NCBI GenBank assembly: GCA_965195345.1
Contig: OZ239628.1
Coordinates: 864,001-928,000, forward strand
DNA: 64,000 nt
From: an uncultured Thiomicrospira sp.
GTDB lineage: Bacteria; Pseudomonadota; Gammaproteobacteria; CAKMZV01
Direction of reading: 5' to 3'
Part shown: positions 38,831 to 49,866 of the stretch, in pieces
How positions within the stretch are numbered: position 1 is the first letter of the stretch
Layout of the letters: each line of letters begins with the position of its first letter
The notes under the pieces: generated by a model
What the model was told of the DNA's origin: nothing
Seen by the model: the letters and a program-made list of their open reading frames with translations, nothing else
Database searches by the model: none
Translations under genes and position numbers: made by a program

Positions 38831-39538
38831 ATGAGTAGTGAAAAAAAAGCCTTTGATGCTTGGCAGTGGTTATTGAGGCAACGTTCTGGGCGTATACTTA
38901 TGCTTTGGGAACGTAGGCGTTTAGTTGAGTTATTGAAGCAAACGGGCGCACAAACAATTTTGCAGATTGGCAAATGCTCTTTGTCTTTTCCTAAAATTGC
39001 TTTACCCTTTTCCACTATTGTCAGGTTGTCGTCGTTCGAAAATGTTAAGAACTTTGATGTTTTCAGCAGTGTGCAACAGTGTGGCATCGAAAACCAATCG
39101 TTTCAAGTAATCATATTACAGCATACGCTTGATTGGGCGGATGATCCTAAAAAAATATTTGATGAAGTGTGGCGCATTTTGCAACCGAACGGGTTGTGCT
39201 TTATTCTCATTAGTAATAGATCTTGGTTTGCACAAAAAATACTTGGAGATAAAAATTATCGAAGCAGTTTGAAAGACTTGCAAAAAATTCATAGGAAAGA
39301 TTTGCGCCAGTATTGGTTAGATAAAGGTTTTTTTGAAATATACAAGCAAGGGATACTCGGCATGATGGTTTGGAGGATGCGTTATTTTAATGTATTCGCT
39401 TTTTTGGGGCTAACACAGTTGATTGTTCTGAAAAAAGAATTGGTTGGAGTAAGAATGAAGTCAGTGACAGGTAAGGTGAAAATAATGGGTTTAGCGCCTA
39501 CACAAGTGGCTCGTAGCAGCAACTCAGATGTTGCTTGA
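38831..39538 (+). CDS. YafS-like class I SAM-dependent methyltransferase (divergent)
   Basis: ILQHTLDWADDPKKIFDEVWRILQPNG and its position upstream of rnhA. Confidence 0.7.
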   Translation: MSSEKKAFDAWQWLLRQRSGRILMLWERRRLVELLKQTGAQTILQIGKCSLSFPKIALPFSTIVRLSSFENVKNFDVFSSVQQCGIENQSFQVIILQHTLDWADDPKKIFDEVWRILQPNGLCFILISNRSWFAQKILGDKNYRSSLKDLQKIHRKDLRQYWLDKGFFEIYKQGILGMMVWRMRYFNVFAFLGLTQLIVLKKELVGVRMKSVTGKVKIMGLAPTQVARSSNSDVA

Positions 39539-39580
39539 TTTTCAATTGATGGTTCTTTGAAATTCCTTACTAAAATTCGT

Positions 39581-40021
39581 ATGAAAAGCGTAATAATATA
39601 TTCTGACGGAGGTTGTCGAGGAAATCCTGGTATTGGAGGTTGGGGAGCATTACTTTTTCATGGAAAGACAGAAAAATCATTAAGTGGACATGCATTGAAT
39701 ACAACAAACAACCGCATGGAATTGACTGCTGCTATTGCAGCGTTGGAGTGTTTAAAAGAACCGTGCGAGGTTAAAGTTGTAACTGACTCTAAATATGTAT
39801 GTCAAGGTGCACTTGAATGGTTGCCTAACTGGAAAGCCAAAAATTGGAAAACAGCCAATAAAAATCCTGTGAAAAATCAAGATTTGTGGGAAAAAATTGA
39901 CAATCAATTAAATATTCATAAAGTTTCTTTTGAATGGGTAAAGGGGCATGCGGGACATCCAGAGAATGAACGCGTTGATGCACTTGCCAATGCTGAAATG
40001 GATTTGATTGCACAAAAGTAA
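39581..40021 (+). CDS. rnhA: Ribonuclease HI
   Basis: [25 protein letters not shown] and [15 protein letters not shown]. Confidence 0.97.
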   Translation: MKSVIIYSDGGCRGNPGIGGWGALLFHGKTEKSLSGHALNTTNNRMELTAAIAALECLKEPCEVKVVTDSKYVCQGALEWLPNWKAKNWKTANKNPVKNQDLWEKIDNQLNIHKVSFEWVKGHAGHPENERVDALANAEMDLIAQK

Positions 40022-40023
40022 AA

Positions 40024-42312
40024 ATGATATCCTACCTTGCTAAATTTATAAATCCCTCACAGACAAATGCTCAATTGGCTTTTGCATTGTGTCTGGGTGT
40101 TTTTGCTGGCTTGTTACCGTTTCCTTTCTGGCTCTTCATTTTAATATTGTATGTGGCGATGCGAGTGCATACGCTTTTTTTTGCTTTGGCATGGTTGATG
40201 ACAGGATTTATCACTTTGCTTTTACGCCCGTTATCTGATTACTTAGGGTATCAGATTTTGCTCAATGCCGATTTTCTTGACTTTTTTACACATGCTTATA
40301 ATAGTGCTTTATGGAGAACAACACATTTTGATGACACCGTTGTAGCAGGGAATATGTTCATTGCATTAATTTTTGCAATGGCAGGTTGCGTAATAGTTTA
40401 TGTGTTGATATACAAGTATCGATCAATTCTTTATAGCCGTTTTACGGAAACAAAATTTGGTGAGAAAATACTTTCCTCGATTTTTGCTGAATGGTTTAAA
40501 GAGAGGACGGAACCTATTGAGAGGGTAAATTTACTTTCTAAAAAAAGACTGATAACTATTGTAAGTGTTTTTGTACTTATTTTATTCATGTGGTCTTTTG
40601 TTGTGCCATACTATTTAAAGAACCAAATTAACGCGCGATTAAGTATGCAATGGGGTGCTCCTGTTAATATATCAGATATCTCAATTTCATTATTTCCAAT
40701 AAAAATTCATGTTCAAAATATTAGCATTGCAGATTTATACGATAATCGTTTCAATCGTGTGGAAGCATCTGATATTACGATTATATTTAATGCACTGGAC
40801 TTGATAGCTGAACGCTTGGTCATAGAGGAGTTGACGTTGAAAGGTTTGTATTTTGATAGAAAGCGTACTGTGCCATATCAACAGAAAAGCACATCACTTT
40901 CTTTGAGTGGAAAAAAGAAAAAAGGCGAAAATGACCTTAATATATTGTTGACAAAGGAACCTGACTTTGAAAAATTATTGTCCCATCACTCCCTTCCTAT
41001 GACGCAAGAAATTGAAATGTTAGAGGAGCGTCTAGAGGGTGAAGAAAAAGAAATATCTGTTCGAGAAAACATAGTTAATGCTTTGTTAAATGTGGAGTAT
41101 TATAGAAAACAGATAGAAGTCCTCAGAGGGAATGGATTGCGAAATATGCAAGACTTTAATGAATTGCGCAAAGAACTTTTTAAAATTCGAAATCACATTA
41201 ACAACGATCAACGTATTGTTATAAAGGCAACAGATTGGGTAAATCGTCAAATAACCTCAATCAAAGACGATTTGACGGCTTTGGATAAAACGGTAGATGG
41301 TGATGCAAATGCCCTTTTGAAATTATATGAATATGATAAAGGGCGGCTTCAAAATATTGCTAAACTGCTGTATGAAGATGAGATGTTTAATTACTTTCAT
41401 CAGGCACAAGAGTGGATAGAAGACGTCACCATAACAATAAGCAAATGGAAAGAAAAGAAAGAAGATACTGGTTACCAGTACCAAGGGCGTAAAATTTTAT
41501 TTCAAGAAGACGATCCGCAACCTGCATTTAATATTAAGCATTTAATTGTTGATACACAAGTGGGGGATAAAAAATGGGTAGTTAAAGGTGAGGATTTACA
41601 CTTTGAGAAATTTCTTAACAAAAAAGCCATGCTTACTATTACAGAAAAAAACACCACCAGCCCGATTCGTATCATAGGCAGTGTGAATTACAATCAATCT
41701 GGTGCAATTTCTTTTGAATGGGATCTTGAAGAACGAATGGTGCCCGTTAACCAACGTACGTTATTAAATGCGGTGCATTTCCCAATAATTATTGGGAGTG
41801 CAATTGAATCGATAAAGGGGACGCTTTCTATTTCGCACGATCGTATCCTAAATGGACGATTACAGTTGGATTATAGAGACGTAGTGTGGGATACTCGTAA
41901 ATATCGCCAGCTTCCTAAAAGTGTCCAAGTAGTCAAAGCATTAAATGGGATCAAAGATTACTCTGTTATCATCACAATTTCGGGCAGTATAGAAGAACCA
42001 AGCATCGAATTTTCATCAAGCATTAACAAGGGTTTATCAATTGCTATGGATGAAACGCTTGATGAAGTGCAAAAGGAATACAAAGAAAAAATAGAAAAAT
42101 ATTTGCAGAAAGAAAAAGAAAATCAATTGCCGAGTGTAATTAATATCTTAACCTTGTTGAATATGTCAAAACAAGCATGGGTTCAAAAAAACAACAGCTT
42201 AGAGATTATTGTCAAAGAAAATTTGGAACCTATGTTCAATGAGCTCGAAGCGTTCAGAAAAAATTTTGAAACGAAACATTTAAAAAAACATCAAACGATT
42301 CAAAAAAACTGA
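40024..42312 (+). CDS. Fused TIGR03546-like membrane domain and TIGR03545-like (AsmA-type) periplasmic domain
   Basis: N-terminal QLAFALCLGVFAGLLP and AYNSALWRTTHFDDTVVAGN. After a further TM come a beta-rich GAPVNISDI...VIEELTLKG region, a coiled coil, YQGRKILF and a C-terminal ISGSIEEPSIEFSSSI. Confidence 0.7.
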   Translation: MISYLAKFINPSQTNAQLAFALCLGVFAGLLPFPFWLFILILYVAMRVHTLFFALAWLMTGFITLLLRPLSDYLGYQILLNADFLDFFTHAYNSALWRTTHFDDTVVAGNMFIALIFAMAGCVIVYVLIYKYRSILYSRFTETKFGEKILSSIFAEWFKERTEPIERVNLLSKKRLITIVSVFVLILFMWSFVVPYYLKNQINARLSMQWGAPVNISDISISLFPIKIHVQNISIADLYDNRFNRVEASDITIIFNALDLIAERLVIEELTLKGLYFDRKRTVPYQQKSTSLSLSGKKKKGENDLNILLTKEPDFEKLLSHHSLPMTQEIEMLEERLEGEEKEISVRENIVNALLNVEYYRKQIEVLRGNGLRNMQDFNELRKELFKIRNHINNDQRIVIKATDWVNRQITSIKDDLTALDKTVDGDANALLKLYEYDKGRLQNIAKLLYEDEMFNYFHQAQEWIEDVTITISKWKEKKEDTGYQYQGRKILFQEDDPQPAFNIKHLIVDTQVGDKKWVVKGEDLHFEKFLNKKAMLTITEKNTTSPIRIIGSVNYNQSGAISFEWDLEERMVPVNQRTLLNAVHFPIIIGSAIESIKGTLSISHDRILNGRLQLDYRDVVWDTRKYRQLPKSVQVVKALNGIKDYSVIITISGSIEEPSIEFSSSINKGLSIAMDETLDEVQKEYKEKIEKYLQKEKENQLPSVINILTLLNMSKQAWVQKNNSLEIIVKENLEPMFNELEAFRKNFETKHLKKHQTIQKN

Positions 42313-42403
42313 AAAACATTATTAGATTTGAGAAAAAATAGCATAATGCTATTAAAAAGATTTTTTAATTTGATCGCACCATTTTAAAGCGAATTAAGAA
42401 ACT

Positions 42404-43000
42404 CTAAACTTCGGGTATTAAGAGTACAGTAACTTGCAATGGCCCATGTGCCCCCAAAATCAAAGTTTGTTCAATATCAGCTGTTCGAGAAGGACCTGAT
42501 ATAAAGATAACTTGAGAAGACATTTTATCGACAACTAGCGTGTCAAATACATCACTTAGGCGATTAACAAGTTGATTTTCTCCAACTACAGCAAAATGAT
42601 GAGCAGGTAAGATAGCAACACTTTGAGGATGGTGAGCTTGAGACTGCAAAACCAAAGTGCCTGTTGCGCAAATCCCATAACTAACGCCAGTGAGTCCATA
42701 TGCATCATTTTTTTCCGCTTGGCCAAATACAGGAGAAATTCCGACTTTTCCCCAATCAAGATATGAATAAACTTCCCACATTCTAAGTTGCGAATCACAG
42801 CCTATAATGTTTCTAATCTTTTGTGGAATCCCATCTGCCGTATTCAGCTCAACGAGATCAGTATTACTTTTCTTGCATGCATCTCTAAACATTTCAATAG
42901 GATTGGTGATAATCTTTTTTTGAACATGGGGTCTTTCAACTGGCGTTTGAATTGAGCGACTATTGCGCAGATTCTTGAGAATAATATCGCGACTAGACAT
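42404..43000 (-). CDS. lutC: Lactate utilization protein C (LutC/YkgG)
   Basis: ATGTLV and FISGPSRTADIEQTLILGAHGP. Confidence 0.9.
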   Translation of the reverse strand: MSSRDIILKNLRNSRSIQTPVERPHVQKKIITNPIEMFRDACKKSNTDLVELNTADGIPQKIRNIIGCDSQLRMWEVYSYLDWGKVGISPVFGQAEKNDAYGLTGVSYGICATGTLVLQSQAHHPQSVAILPAHHFAVVGENQLVNRLSDVFDTLVVDKMSSQVIFISGPSRTADIEQTLILGAHGPLQVTVLLIPEV

Positions 43001-43002
43001 GC

Positions 43003-44382
43003 TTAATTCCTCGGTTTGGGCAAGAAACGATTACTGAACCAACCAAATTGTATAACTGGTATTTTTTTGATTACATTCCCAGATGAAATAAAGCACAGAA
43101 ATAAACGACTTAAACGAATGCTCATTCGATAGAGCATAGGATGCATCGCTAAGAAACTACATATTTTAACGGTTACTTTTTCGAGATTTGGACGCATGTT
43201 TTGTTCAACTTGATCTAATCGCAGTTGATGCAGTAGTTTAGGTAAGGGGATTTTTACGGGGCATACTACATGGCATTGGCCGCATAAAGTAGCAGCATGT
43301 GGCAAATCAATGGACTGCTTCATGTCAGTATATAACGAAGTCAATATTGCGCCCATCGGTCCAGGATAAACCCACCCATAAGCATGCCCTCCAACGTGCT
43401 GATAAACAGGACAATGATTCATGCAAGCTCCGCATCGAATACAGCGCAGCATATCTTCATAATTTGATCCAAGCAAAGAACTACGTCCACTGTCTATTAA
43501 GACAAAATGCAGTTGTTCAGGATGTTCTTCTTCCGATTTCAACGATCTAGAGGTTAATGTAAGGTAATTGGAAATTGCTTGACCTGTCGCAGAACGTGGT
43601 AATAATTCAATAATATCCGCGGCATCTTGTAGCGTCCCAAGCACCTTTTCAATACCTACTAAGACCACTCGTATTTTTGGTAAGATTGACGTGAGACAGC
43701 CATTCCCTTCATTTGTCACAATTCCGACACTACCCGTTTCGGCAACCAAAAAATTGGCACCGGTAATACCCATGTCCGCATTTATAAATTTTTCGCGTAA
43801 TACACTGCGCGCTTGGCGAGTTAAGTCTTCAATGCTATTTGCAGGTTCAGAGCCTCGATGATGCTCTTTAAAGAGTTTTCTGACGTCATCAACATTTTTG
43901 TGTACGGCGGGAGCAACTATGTGAGATGGCGGTTCTTTGGCTAATTGTAAGATGTATTCGCCCAAATCAGTTTCAGTTACTTCAAAACCTTTTTGCTCAA
44001 GTGCTTGATTAAGATTGATCTCCTCTGAAATCATTGATTTGGATTTAATAATACTCTTAACATTATTGGAAAAGGCAATTTTTTCAACAATAGAGCACGC
44101 TTCTTCTTCGTCTAACGCCCAATGAACAGTTGAACCATTTTTTTGAGCATTTTTCTCAAAAGTTTCAAGGTAATCAGCCCAATGTATTAGTGTTTGGTTA
44201 CGAATCCACTCACCTAATTGGCGTTGCTCTTCAAAATTCCCAAGAGTCTCGTCATAAAGAGCTATTGCTGAGGATCGATGGTGTGTGAACTTATGCTGTG
44301 CATTTTTCATCGCTTGACGCAGAAATGGATTTTCTAACGCTTTATGAGCATTTTTCCGAAAATGAATGCTTTGTTGTTGCAT
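43003..44382 (-). CDS. lutB: Lactate utilization Fe-S protein B (LutB/YkgF)
   Basis: KSKSMISEEI, ETDLGEYI, PSHIVAPA, CIRCGACMNHCP and LCGQCHVVCPVKI. Confidence 0.93.
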   Translation of the reverse strand: MQQQSIHFRKNAHKALENPFLRQAMKNAQHKFTHHRSSAIALYDETLGNFEEQRQLGEWIRNQTLIHWADYLETFEKNAQKNGSTVHWALDEEEACSIVEKIAFSNNVKSIIKSKSMISEEINLNQALEQKGFEVTETDLGEYILQLAKEPPSHIVAPAVHKNVDDVRKLFKEHHRGSEPANSIEDLTRQARSVLREKFINADMGITGANFLVAETGSVGIVTNEGNGCLTSILPKIRVVLVGIEKVLGTLQDAADIIELLPRSATGQAISNYLTLTSRSLKSEEEHPEQLHFVLIDSGRSSLLGSNYEDMLRCIRCGACMNHCPVYQHVGGHAYGWVYPGPMGAILTSLYTDMKQSIDLPHAATLCGQCHVVCPVKIPLPKLLHQLRLDQVEQNMRPNLEKVTVKICSFLAMHPMLYRMSIRLSRLFLCFISSGNVIKKIPVIQFGWFSNRFLPKPRN

Positions 44383-44386
44383 ATTC

Positions 44387-45106
44387 TTAAATCGATTGCG
44401 CCAAAATTTCAGTCACATGCATGACTTTTACATTATTGTGTCCTTCGTACATCAACTTCCCCTCAATATTCAACATACATCCCACATCCCCCATAGCAAT
44501 AATTGGACTGCCATTTTCTAATATTTTTTGACATTTCTCACTGGCAATGCTCGACGATATTTCACCGAATTTAGTTGAAAAAAGACCGCCAAAACCACAA
44601 CATTGTTCACAATCAGTCATCTCAATTATAGTATGCCCACATTGTTCGAGCAGTAAGCGCGGTTGTTCTTTAATGTTCATCTCGCGTAATCCGGCACAGG
44701 AATCATGATATGTGAGTGTTAGTGGAGTAGCACTTAGCGGCAGTTGAATTGAACAAATATCTATCAAAAATTCGCAAATTTCAAAGCATTTTTCGGCATG
44801 CTTTATAAGTTCAGTATTGCTGGAATCTAATTCTTGATAGTGCTTGCGCATCATACCAGCACACGATCCAGAAGGAATGATTACATAGTCGCAGTGCATA
44901 AATTCAGACACACACTTACGTGCTAGTGCAAGGCTTTGTTTTTGATATCCCGCGTTCCAGGCAGGTTGTCCGCAACAGGTTTGTGATTTTGGAAGAACCA
45001 CTTCAAATCCAAGATATAAAAGAAGTTTTGCAGTGGCTTGGCTAACCGATGGCCTCATCGATTCAACCAAGCAAGTGGAAAATAATCCAATAACTTTTTT
45101 AGTCAT
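44387..45106 (-). CDS. lutA: Lactate utilization protein A (LutA/YkgE, CCG domains)
   Basis: QTCCGQP, PSGSC, YHDSC and CCGFGG. Confidence 0.92.
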   Translation of the reverse strand: MTKKVIGLFSTCLVESMRPSVSQATAKLLLYLGFEVVLPKSQTCCGQPAWNAGYQKQSLALARKCVSEFMHCDYVIIPSGSCAGMMRKHYQELDSSNTELIKHAEKCFEICEFLIDICSIQLPLSATPLTLTYHDSCAGLREMNIKEQPRLLLEQCGHTIIEMTDCEQCCGFGGLFSTKFGEISSSIASEKCQKILENGSPIIAMGDVGCMLNIEGKLMYEGHNNVKVMHVTEILAQSI

Positions 45107-45349
45107 TTGTTAAAGATGATGAAATATAGGTGTACAGCAATTAAGTTAGTAAGTAAAGTTATACTATTTACAAAGCATTATAGTCATTAACAAAGAAAAT
45201 AGCCTTTTTAAAGAACCTCTCTGAATGTAATTATTGTTTTGGAAGAATCGGTGATTATGTGCAAAAGTGCTAAAATATGCTTGTTGATGACCGTTCATTG
45301 ATGCGCATTTACAGGCAATATTACGTTGAATAAGTAGGATAGATATCTG

Positions 45350-46051
45350 ATGAAAACGATAGGCATGTTAGGAGGTATGAGTTGGGAGTCGACGATTTCT
45401 TATTACAGAATGCTCAACGAAGGAGTAAAGACTAAATTAGGTCAACTTCATTCAGCCAAAATTATTCTTTTCAGTGTGGACTTTGAAGAGATTGCTCGGT
45501 TACAGAAAACATCGGATTGGGAAAGTGCAGGGAGAATATTGGCTTTAGAAGCTGAAAAGATAGAAGCTGGCGGAGCAGATATGTTACTAATCTGCACTAA
45601 CACCATGCATAAAGTAAATGACTTGATAACGAAGAATCTTTCAATTCCAACGGTACATATCATTGACGAAACGGCGCGTGTGCTGTTAGAAAAAAACGTT
45701 AAAAAAGTTGGTCTACTGGGCACTCGCTACACTATGCATGATGGTTTTTATCATAGTTATATGCTGGATAAGCACGGAATTGAAACCCTTGTGCCATCGG
45801 ATACCGTGCAGTTAGAAATTAATCGTATTATTTTTGAAGAGATTTGCCTTGGAAAAATAAAAGAAGAGTCACGGGAATACTATTTGCAAGTGATACAAAG
45901 TTTACACCAAGAAGGAGCGCAAGGGATCATACTCGGGTGCACTGAAATTGCTCTTTTAATTCAACAAAAGCATACAGATATTCAATTGTTTGATAGCACA
46001 AAAATTCATGTAGACGCTGCACTGTTCAAAGCGTTATCTTTAGTTGGTTAG
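45350..46051 (+). CDS. Aspartate/glutamate racemase family protein (YgeA-like)
   Basis: IGMLGGMSWEST, ICTNTMH and ILGCTEI. Confidence 0.92.
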   Translation: MKTIGMLGGMSWESTISYYRMLNEGVKTKLGQLHSAKIILFSVDFEEIARLQKTSDWESAGRILALEAEKIEAGGADMLLICTNTMHKVNDLITKNLSIPTVHIIDETARVLLEKNVKKVGLLGTRYTMHDGFYHSYMLDKHGIETLVPSDTVQLEINRIIFEEICLGKIKEESREYYLQVIQSLHQEGAQGIILGCTEIALLIQQKHTDIQLFDSTKIHVDAALFKALSLVG

Positions 46052-46930
46052 AGGGCTATTTTTTAGGACATTTAATTTTTTAATATGCTCAGGTCCTATT
46101 CCGCAACATCCACCAATGATAGAAGCACCAGCACTTTGCCATTGATGCGCAAATTCGAAATACCTTTCTGGAGTAAGTTCTTCACGAATTGGTGAAATTT
46201 CCTCGTTTGCATTCCTCATGGCTTCCAAAGGAGGGAAAGCATTAGCATACACTCCGATTTGAAAAGACTGGCTTGTCATCGTATTTGTCATTGTCACAGC
46301 ATCAAGCATTACTTCAGGTTGAGAGCAATTGAACAGCAATGCATCGACCTCATCAGAAGAAAACATAGGTAGTACGTCAATCAATTTTTCCCCTGAACGC
46401 AGACAAGGCATTCCAGATTCTGCTTCATCTTGCAGCGACATACTAATCCAAAGGGGCTTTCCACAACCAAAAAACACATCCATGACTGATTGAATTTCTG
46501 CCTTACTTGACATTGTTTCAGCAAGTATGATACTGGAATAGGGGCAAAGGCAATCGGCAAACATTTCCAGCATGGGTGTTGCTTTTTTAGCATCAAAAAG
46601 AGCCGGCTTATAGGAACCAAACATTGGAGGAATACTTGCTGCTACTTTAATATCATGGTTCGCTTGCAATTTTGCTTCAGAGGCTAGTTTCCCAGATAAA
46701 GTTAATAGACTCGGCGCCAATTCATTAAAGCATTCTTCTCCGATGTGAAAAGGAACTAATGCATAGGAATTTGTTGTAATGACATCGGCACCAGCTTGAA
46801 CGTAAGCGGTGTGTGCTTCAAGAACAGACTCAGGTTTTTCCAACAAAGCTTTGGCAGACCATTCTGGTTGAGCAAATGGAGCGCCCATTCGTTCAAGTTC
46901 TCTGCCCATGCCGCCATCAAGAATAATCAT
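46040..46930 (-). CDS. Homocysteine S-methyltransferase family protein
   Basis: ILDGGMG, AGADVITTNSY, FNCS, GVYAN and IIGGCCGIGPEHI. Confidence 0.9.
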   Translation of the reverse strand: MIILDGGMGRELERMGAPFAQPEWSAKALLEKPESVLEAHTAYVQAGADVITTNSYALVPFHIGEECFNELAPSLLTLSGKLASEAKLQANHDIKVAASIPPMFGSYKPALFDAKKATPMLEMFADCLCPYSSIILAETMSSKAEIQSVMDVFFGCGKPLWISMSLQDEAESGMPCLRSGEKLIDVLPMFSSDEVDALLFNCSQPEVMLDAVTMTNTMTSQSFQIGVYANAFPPLEAMRNANEEISPIREELTPERYFEFAHQWQSAGASIIGGCCGIGPEHIKKLNVLKNSPLTN

Positions 46931-47036
46931 GTGCTAAATTATAAGAGGAATTGGTCAACTATGTTGAAGACAGTGGTAGAATTCCTTTGCAGAGTTCCTA
47001 CTGTAAATGTAATAGTTCACGAAAATAACTTTATTT

Positions 47037-47582
47037 ATGAAAATAACTGCCTTTGCTGCTAGTAACAGTCGCACATCGATTAATAAAAGTTTAGTGCAAT
47101 ACGCTGCTAAATTTCTTAAGGTTGCCGATGTAAATTTGCTTGATTTGAATGATTTTGAATTACCTGTTTTTAGTGAAAAATTAGAAGAGGAGATTGGTCA
47201 ACCACCTCAAGCTCATGATTTCCTTGCAAATATAGCCGCCAGTGATGGAGTATTGGTGTCTTTTGCTGAACATAATGGAAATTACAGCGCAACTTATAAA
47301 AATACTTTTGATTGGGCGTCTCGAATTAATCCTAAAGTGTATCAAAAGAAACCTGTGACAATTATGTCTACTTCTCCTGGTGGTCGTGGAGGGAAAGGCG
47401 TTCTGTCGATTGCTTCAAGCCAATTACCTTTTTTTGATGCCGAAGTGGTTTCTTCCTTCAGTCTACCCAATTTTTACGAAAATTTTGACTTAGATAAATT
47501 ATGCATAACCGAATCTTCTCTCGATGAGGAGCTGCAGGTTGTGATGATGGATTTTGAGAAACGAATTAAAATGGCGATCTAA
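47037..47582 (+). CDS. NADPH-dependent FMN reductase family protein
   Basis: AASNSRTSINK, AEHNGNYSATYKNTFDWASR and STSPGGRGG. Confidence 0.88.
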   Translation: MKITAFAASNSRTSINKSLVQYAAKFLKVADVNLLDLNDFELPVFSEKLEEEIGQPPQAHDFLANIAASDGVLVSFAEHNGNYSATYKNTFDWASRINPKVYQKKPVTIMSTSPGGRGGKGVLSIASSQLPFFDAEVVSSFSLPNFYENFDLDKLCITESSLDEELQVVMMDFEKRIKMAI

Positions 47583-47623
47583 ATTGATTATCAAAGTGTC
47601 GTCACTAACCATTATAAAACCAC

Positions 47624-48574
47624 ATGAATCATCTTGATTTTGAAGCTCCTATAGCAGACCTTGAAGAGAAAATAACTGAGTTGAGCCGTCTTGGCACAGA
47701 GTCTGGGATGGAAATTACTGAGCAGACGTTGAAGCTAAAAGAAGAGAGTCGGAAGTTAACCGAAAAAGTTTTTCGAAATTTGACTGATTGGCAAATAAGC
47801 AAGTTAGCCAGGCATCCGCTACGCCCTTATACTCGGGATTATATAAAATATATTTTCACAGATTTTAATGAATTGCACGGAGACCGTCATTACAAGGATG
47901 ACAGTGCTATTGTTGCAGGAATTGCACGCATTCAAGGTCGTTCAGTAATGGTTATTGGACATGAAAAAGGGCGTTCAACAAATGAAAAGATAAAACAAAA
48001 TTTTGGCATGCCCAGACCCGAAGGTTATCGTAAGGCTTTGCGTTTAATGCAGTTGGCTGAACGGTTTGGCATTCCAGTAATTACATTGATAGATACACCA
48101 GGGGCACATCCAGGCATTGATGCTGAAGAACGCAATCAAAGCGAAGCGATAGCGATTAACTTGCGAGAGATGTCTATGTTACGTATTCCCATTATATGCA
48201 CTGTTATTGGCGAAGGCGGTTCGGGAGGTGCATTGGCTATAGGGGTTGGCGATCATATTATGATGATGGAGTTTGCTGTTTATTCGGTTATTTCACCGGA
48301 AGGATGTGCTTCGATTTTATGGAAAAGTACGGAGAAAGCACCAGAAGCGGCAGAAGCATTAGCTCTGACGGCTCCTAAATTATTAAAACAAAAAATCATT
48401 GATGAAATTGTTCCCGAACCATTGGGAAGCGCTCATCGATCTTATGAAACAGCAGCACTCAATCTACAATCTTCATTGGTACGCGCATTAGATAAGTTTT
48501 GCGCAATGGATGTTGATAAGTTAGTGCATTTGCGTTATGAAAAACTTATGAATTACGGTAACTTTCAGGGTTGA
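47624..48574 (+). CDS. accA: Acetyl-CoA carboxylase carboxyltransferase alpha
   Basis: [32 protein letters not shown] and [15 protein letters not shown]. Confidence 0.97.
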   Translation: MNHLDFEAPIADLEEKITELSRLGTESGMEITEQTLKLKEESRKLTEKVFRNLTDWQISKLARHPLRPYTRDYIKYIFTDFNELHGDRHYKDDSAIVAGIARIQGRSVMVIGHEKGRSTNEKIKQNFGMPRPEGYRKALRLMQLAERFGIPVITLIDTPGAHPGIDAEERNQSEAIAINLREMSMLRIPIICTVIGEGGSGGALAIGVGDHIMMMEFAVYSVISPEGCASILWKSTEKAPEAAEALALTAPKLLKQKIIDEIVPEPLGSAHRSYETAALNLQSSLVRALDKFCAMDVDKLVHLRYEKLMNYGNFQG

Positions 48575-49827
48575 AGAAAAGCGTACCTTCTGATCAGTTA
48601 TTGCTGAATCATTTATTATCATTCTTTAATAGTTGGGACGACATCAGTGCCAATTCGCCTCTTTATGTGGGATTGAGCGGCGGAGTAGATTCAGTCGTTT
48701 TATGTCATGCACTGCACTCAATGCTGTCATTGACCCAACGCTCATTTACTATTGTTCATATTAATCACCAGTTGCAAGATAATGCTGATGAATTCGTTCA
48801 GCAAAGTCAATCGCTTGCGCGAAAACTAAACGTACCGATTGTTGTGGAAGAAGTGCAGGTGGATAGTCAGCCACGCACCAGTATAGAGGCACAAGCGCGG
48901 GCAGTGCGTTATAAGGCATTCACAAAATTGTTGGAACCAAATGCTATGTTGCTATTGGCGCACCATCAGGATGACCAAGCAGAAACGTTTTTACTAAATG
49001 CATTGCGTGGTGCTGATATAAATGCCTTAGGAGGAATGCAAACGTTAAGGAAGCATAAAACTATATGGATTGGGAGACCAATGTTGCAAATAGAACGTAA
49101 AGATATTCTGAACTACGCTAGCATGTTTGATTTGCAATGGTCAGAGGATACGAGTAATACAGACGAAACGATCAAACGTAATTTTTTACGTCATGGAGTG
49201 CTTAAAAAAATCGAAGAGAATTTTCCAGAAAGTTCTAAAATGTTAGCCCGTAGCGCAAGTCGCTTGCAAGTTATCAATGCCCATATACAAGATGAAGCAG
49301 AGGCTTTTTTACAGACACAAACTAATGAATACATTTTGTCATTAGCAGGGTGGAGAGCTTTATCACCTGCGTTAGCTATGGCTGTGTTGAGATTATGGTT
49401 CCAAAAATATAGCGTACCAGCTCAGAGGCAATTGAATGAATTGGTTAGACTTTTCAGAAAAGAAAATGGGCGAGGTGAATTTCGATGGCGTTCAGAGCGA
49501 GGAGAAATCATTTGCTTTGTGTGGCATGATTATGTATTTTTATATTCTCATGAGCAATTGATGGGAACCTCCCCTATAAAGTATTTGCTGAGTGATGGTT
49601 ATGAGGTTCGATGCCGAGTCTCAGGGCAAAGAGTATTATTTAAAGGGCAATCTCGGCAGGTTAAAACGCTTTTGAAACAGATGGGCGTGTTTCCATGGTG
49701 GAGGGATAATTTCCCGATTTTATTTAAAAATGATAGTGCTGTAATGTTGGGAAATTTATGCTTGGATAAATACGAGCATTCAATTAAATTGATTGCTTCA
49801 TCTCCTTATCAATTAGGAGATTTATAA
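48571..49827 (+). CDS. tilS: tRNA(Ile)-lysidine synthetase
   Basis: [25 protein letters not shown] and RNFLRH. Follows accA. Confidence 0.93.
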   Translation: MKKSVPSDQLLLNHLLSFFNSWDDISANSPLYVGLSGGVDSVVLCHALHSMLSLTQRSFTIVHINHQLQDNADEFVQQSQSLARKLNVPIVVEEVQVDSQPRTSIEAQARAVRYKAFTKLLEPNAMLLLAHHQDDQAETFLLNALRGADINALGGMQTLRKHKTIWIGRPMLQIERKDILNYASMFDLQWSEDTSNTDETIKRNFLRHGVLKKIEENFPESSKMLARSASRLQVINAHIQDEAEAFLQTQTNEYILSLAGWRALSPALAMAVLRLWFQKYSVPAQRQLNELVRLFRKENGRGEFRWRSERGEIICFVWHDYVFLYSHEQLMGTSPIKYLLSDGYEVRCRVSGQRVLFKGQSRQVKTLLKQMGVFPWWRDNFPILFKNDSAVMLGNLCLDKYEHSIKLIASSPYQLGDL

Positions 49828-49866
49828 ATAGAAAAAAGAAAGTGTTTGCGTAAAACAAGTTGAGGG

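Noticed and set aside
46931-47036. SAM/SAH riboswitch upstream of the homocysteine methyltransferase
   Set aside because: Only a weak imperfect hairpin, with no recognisable consensus of SAM-I/II/V or SAH riboswitches.
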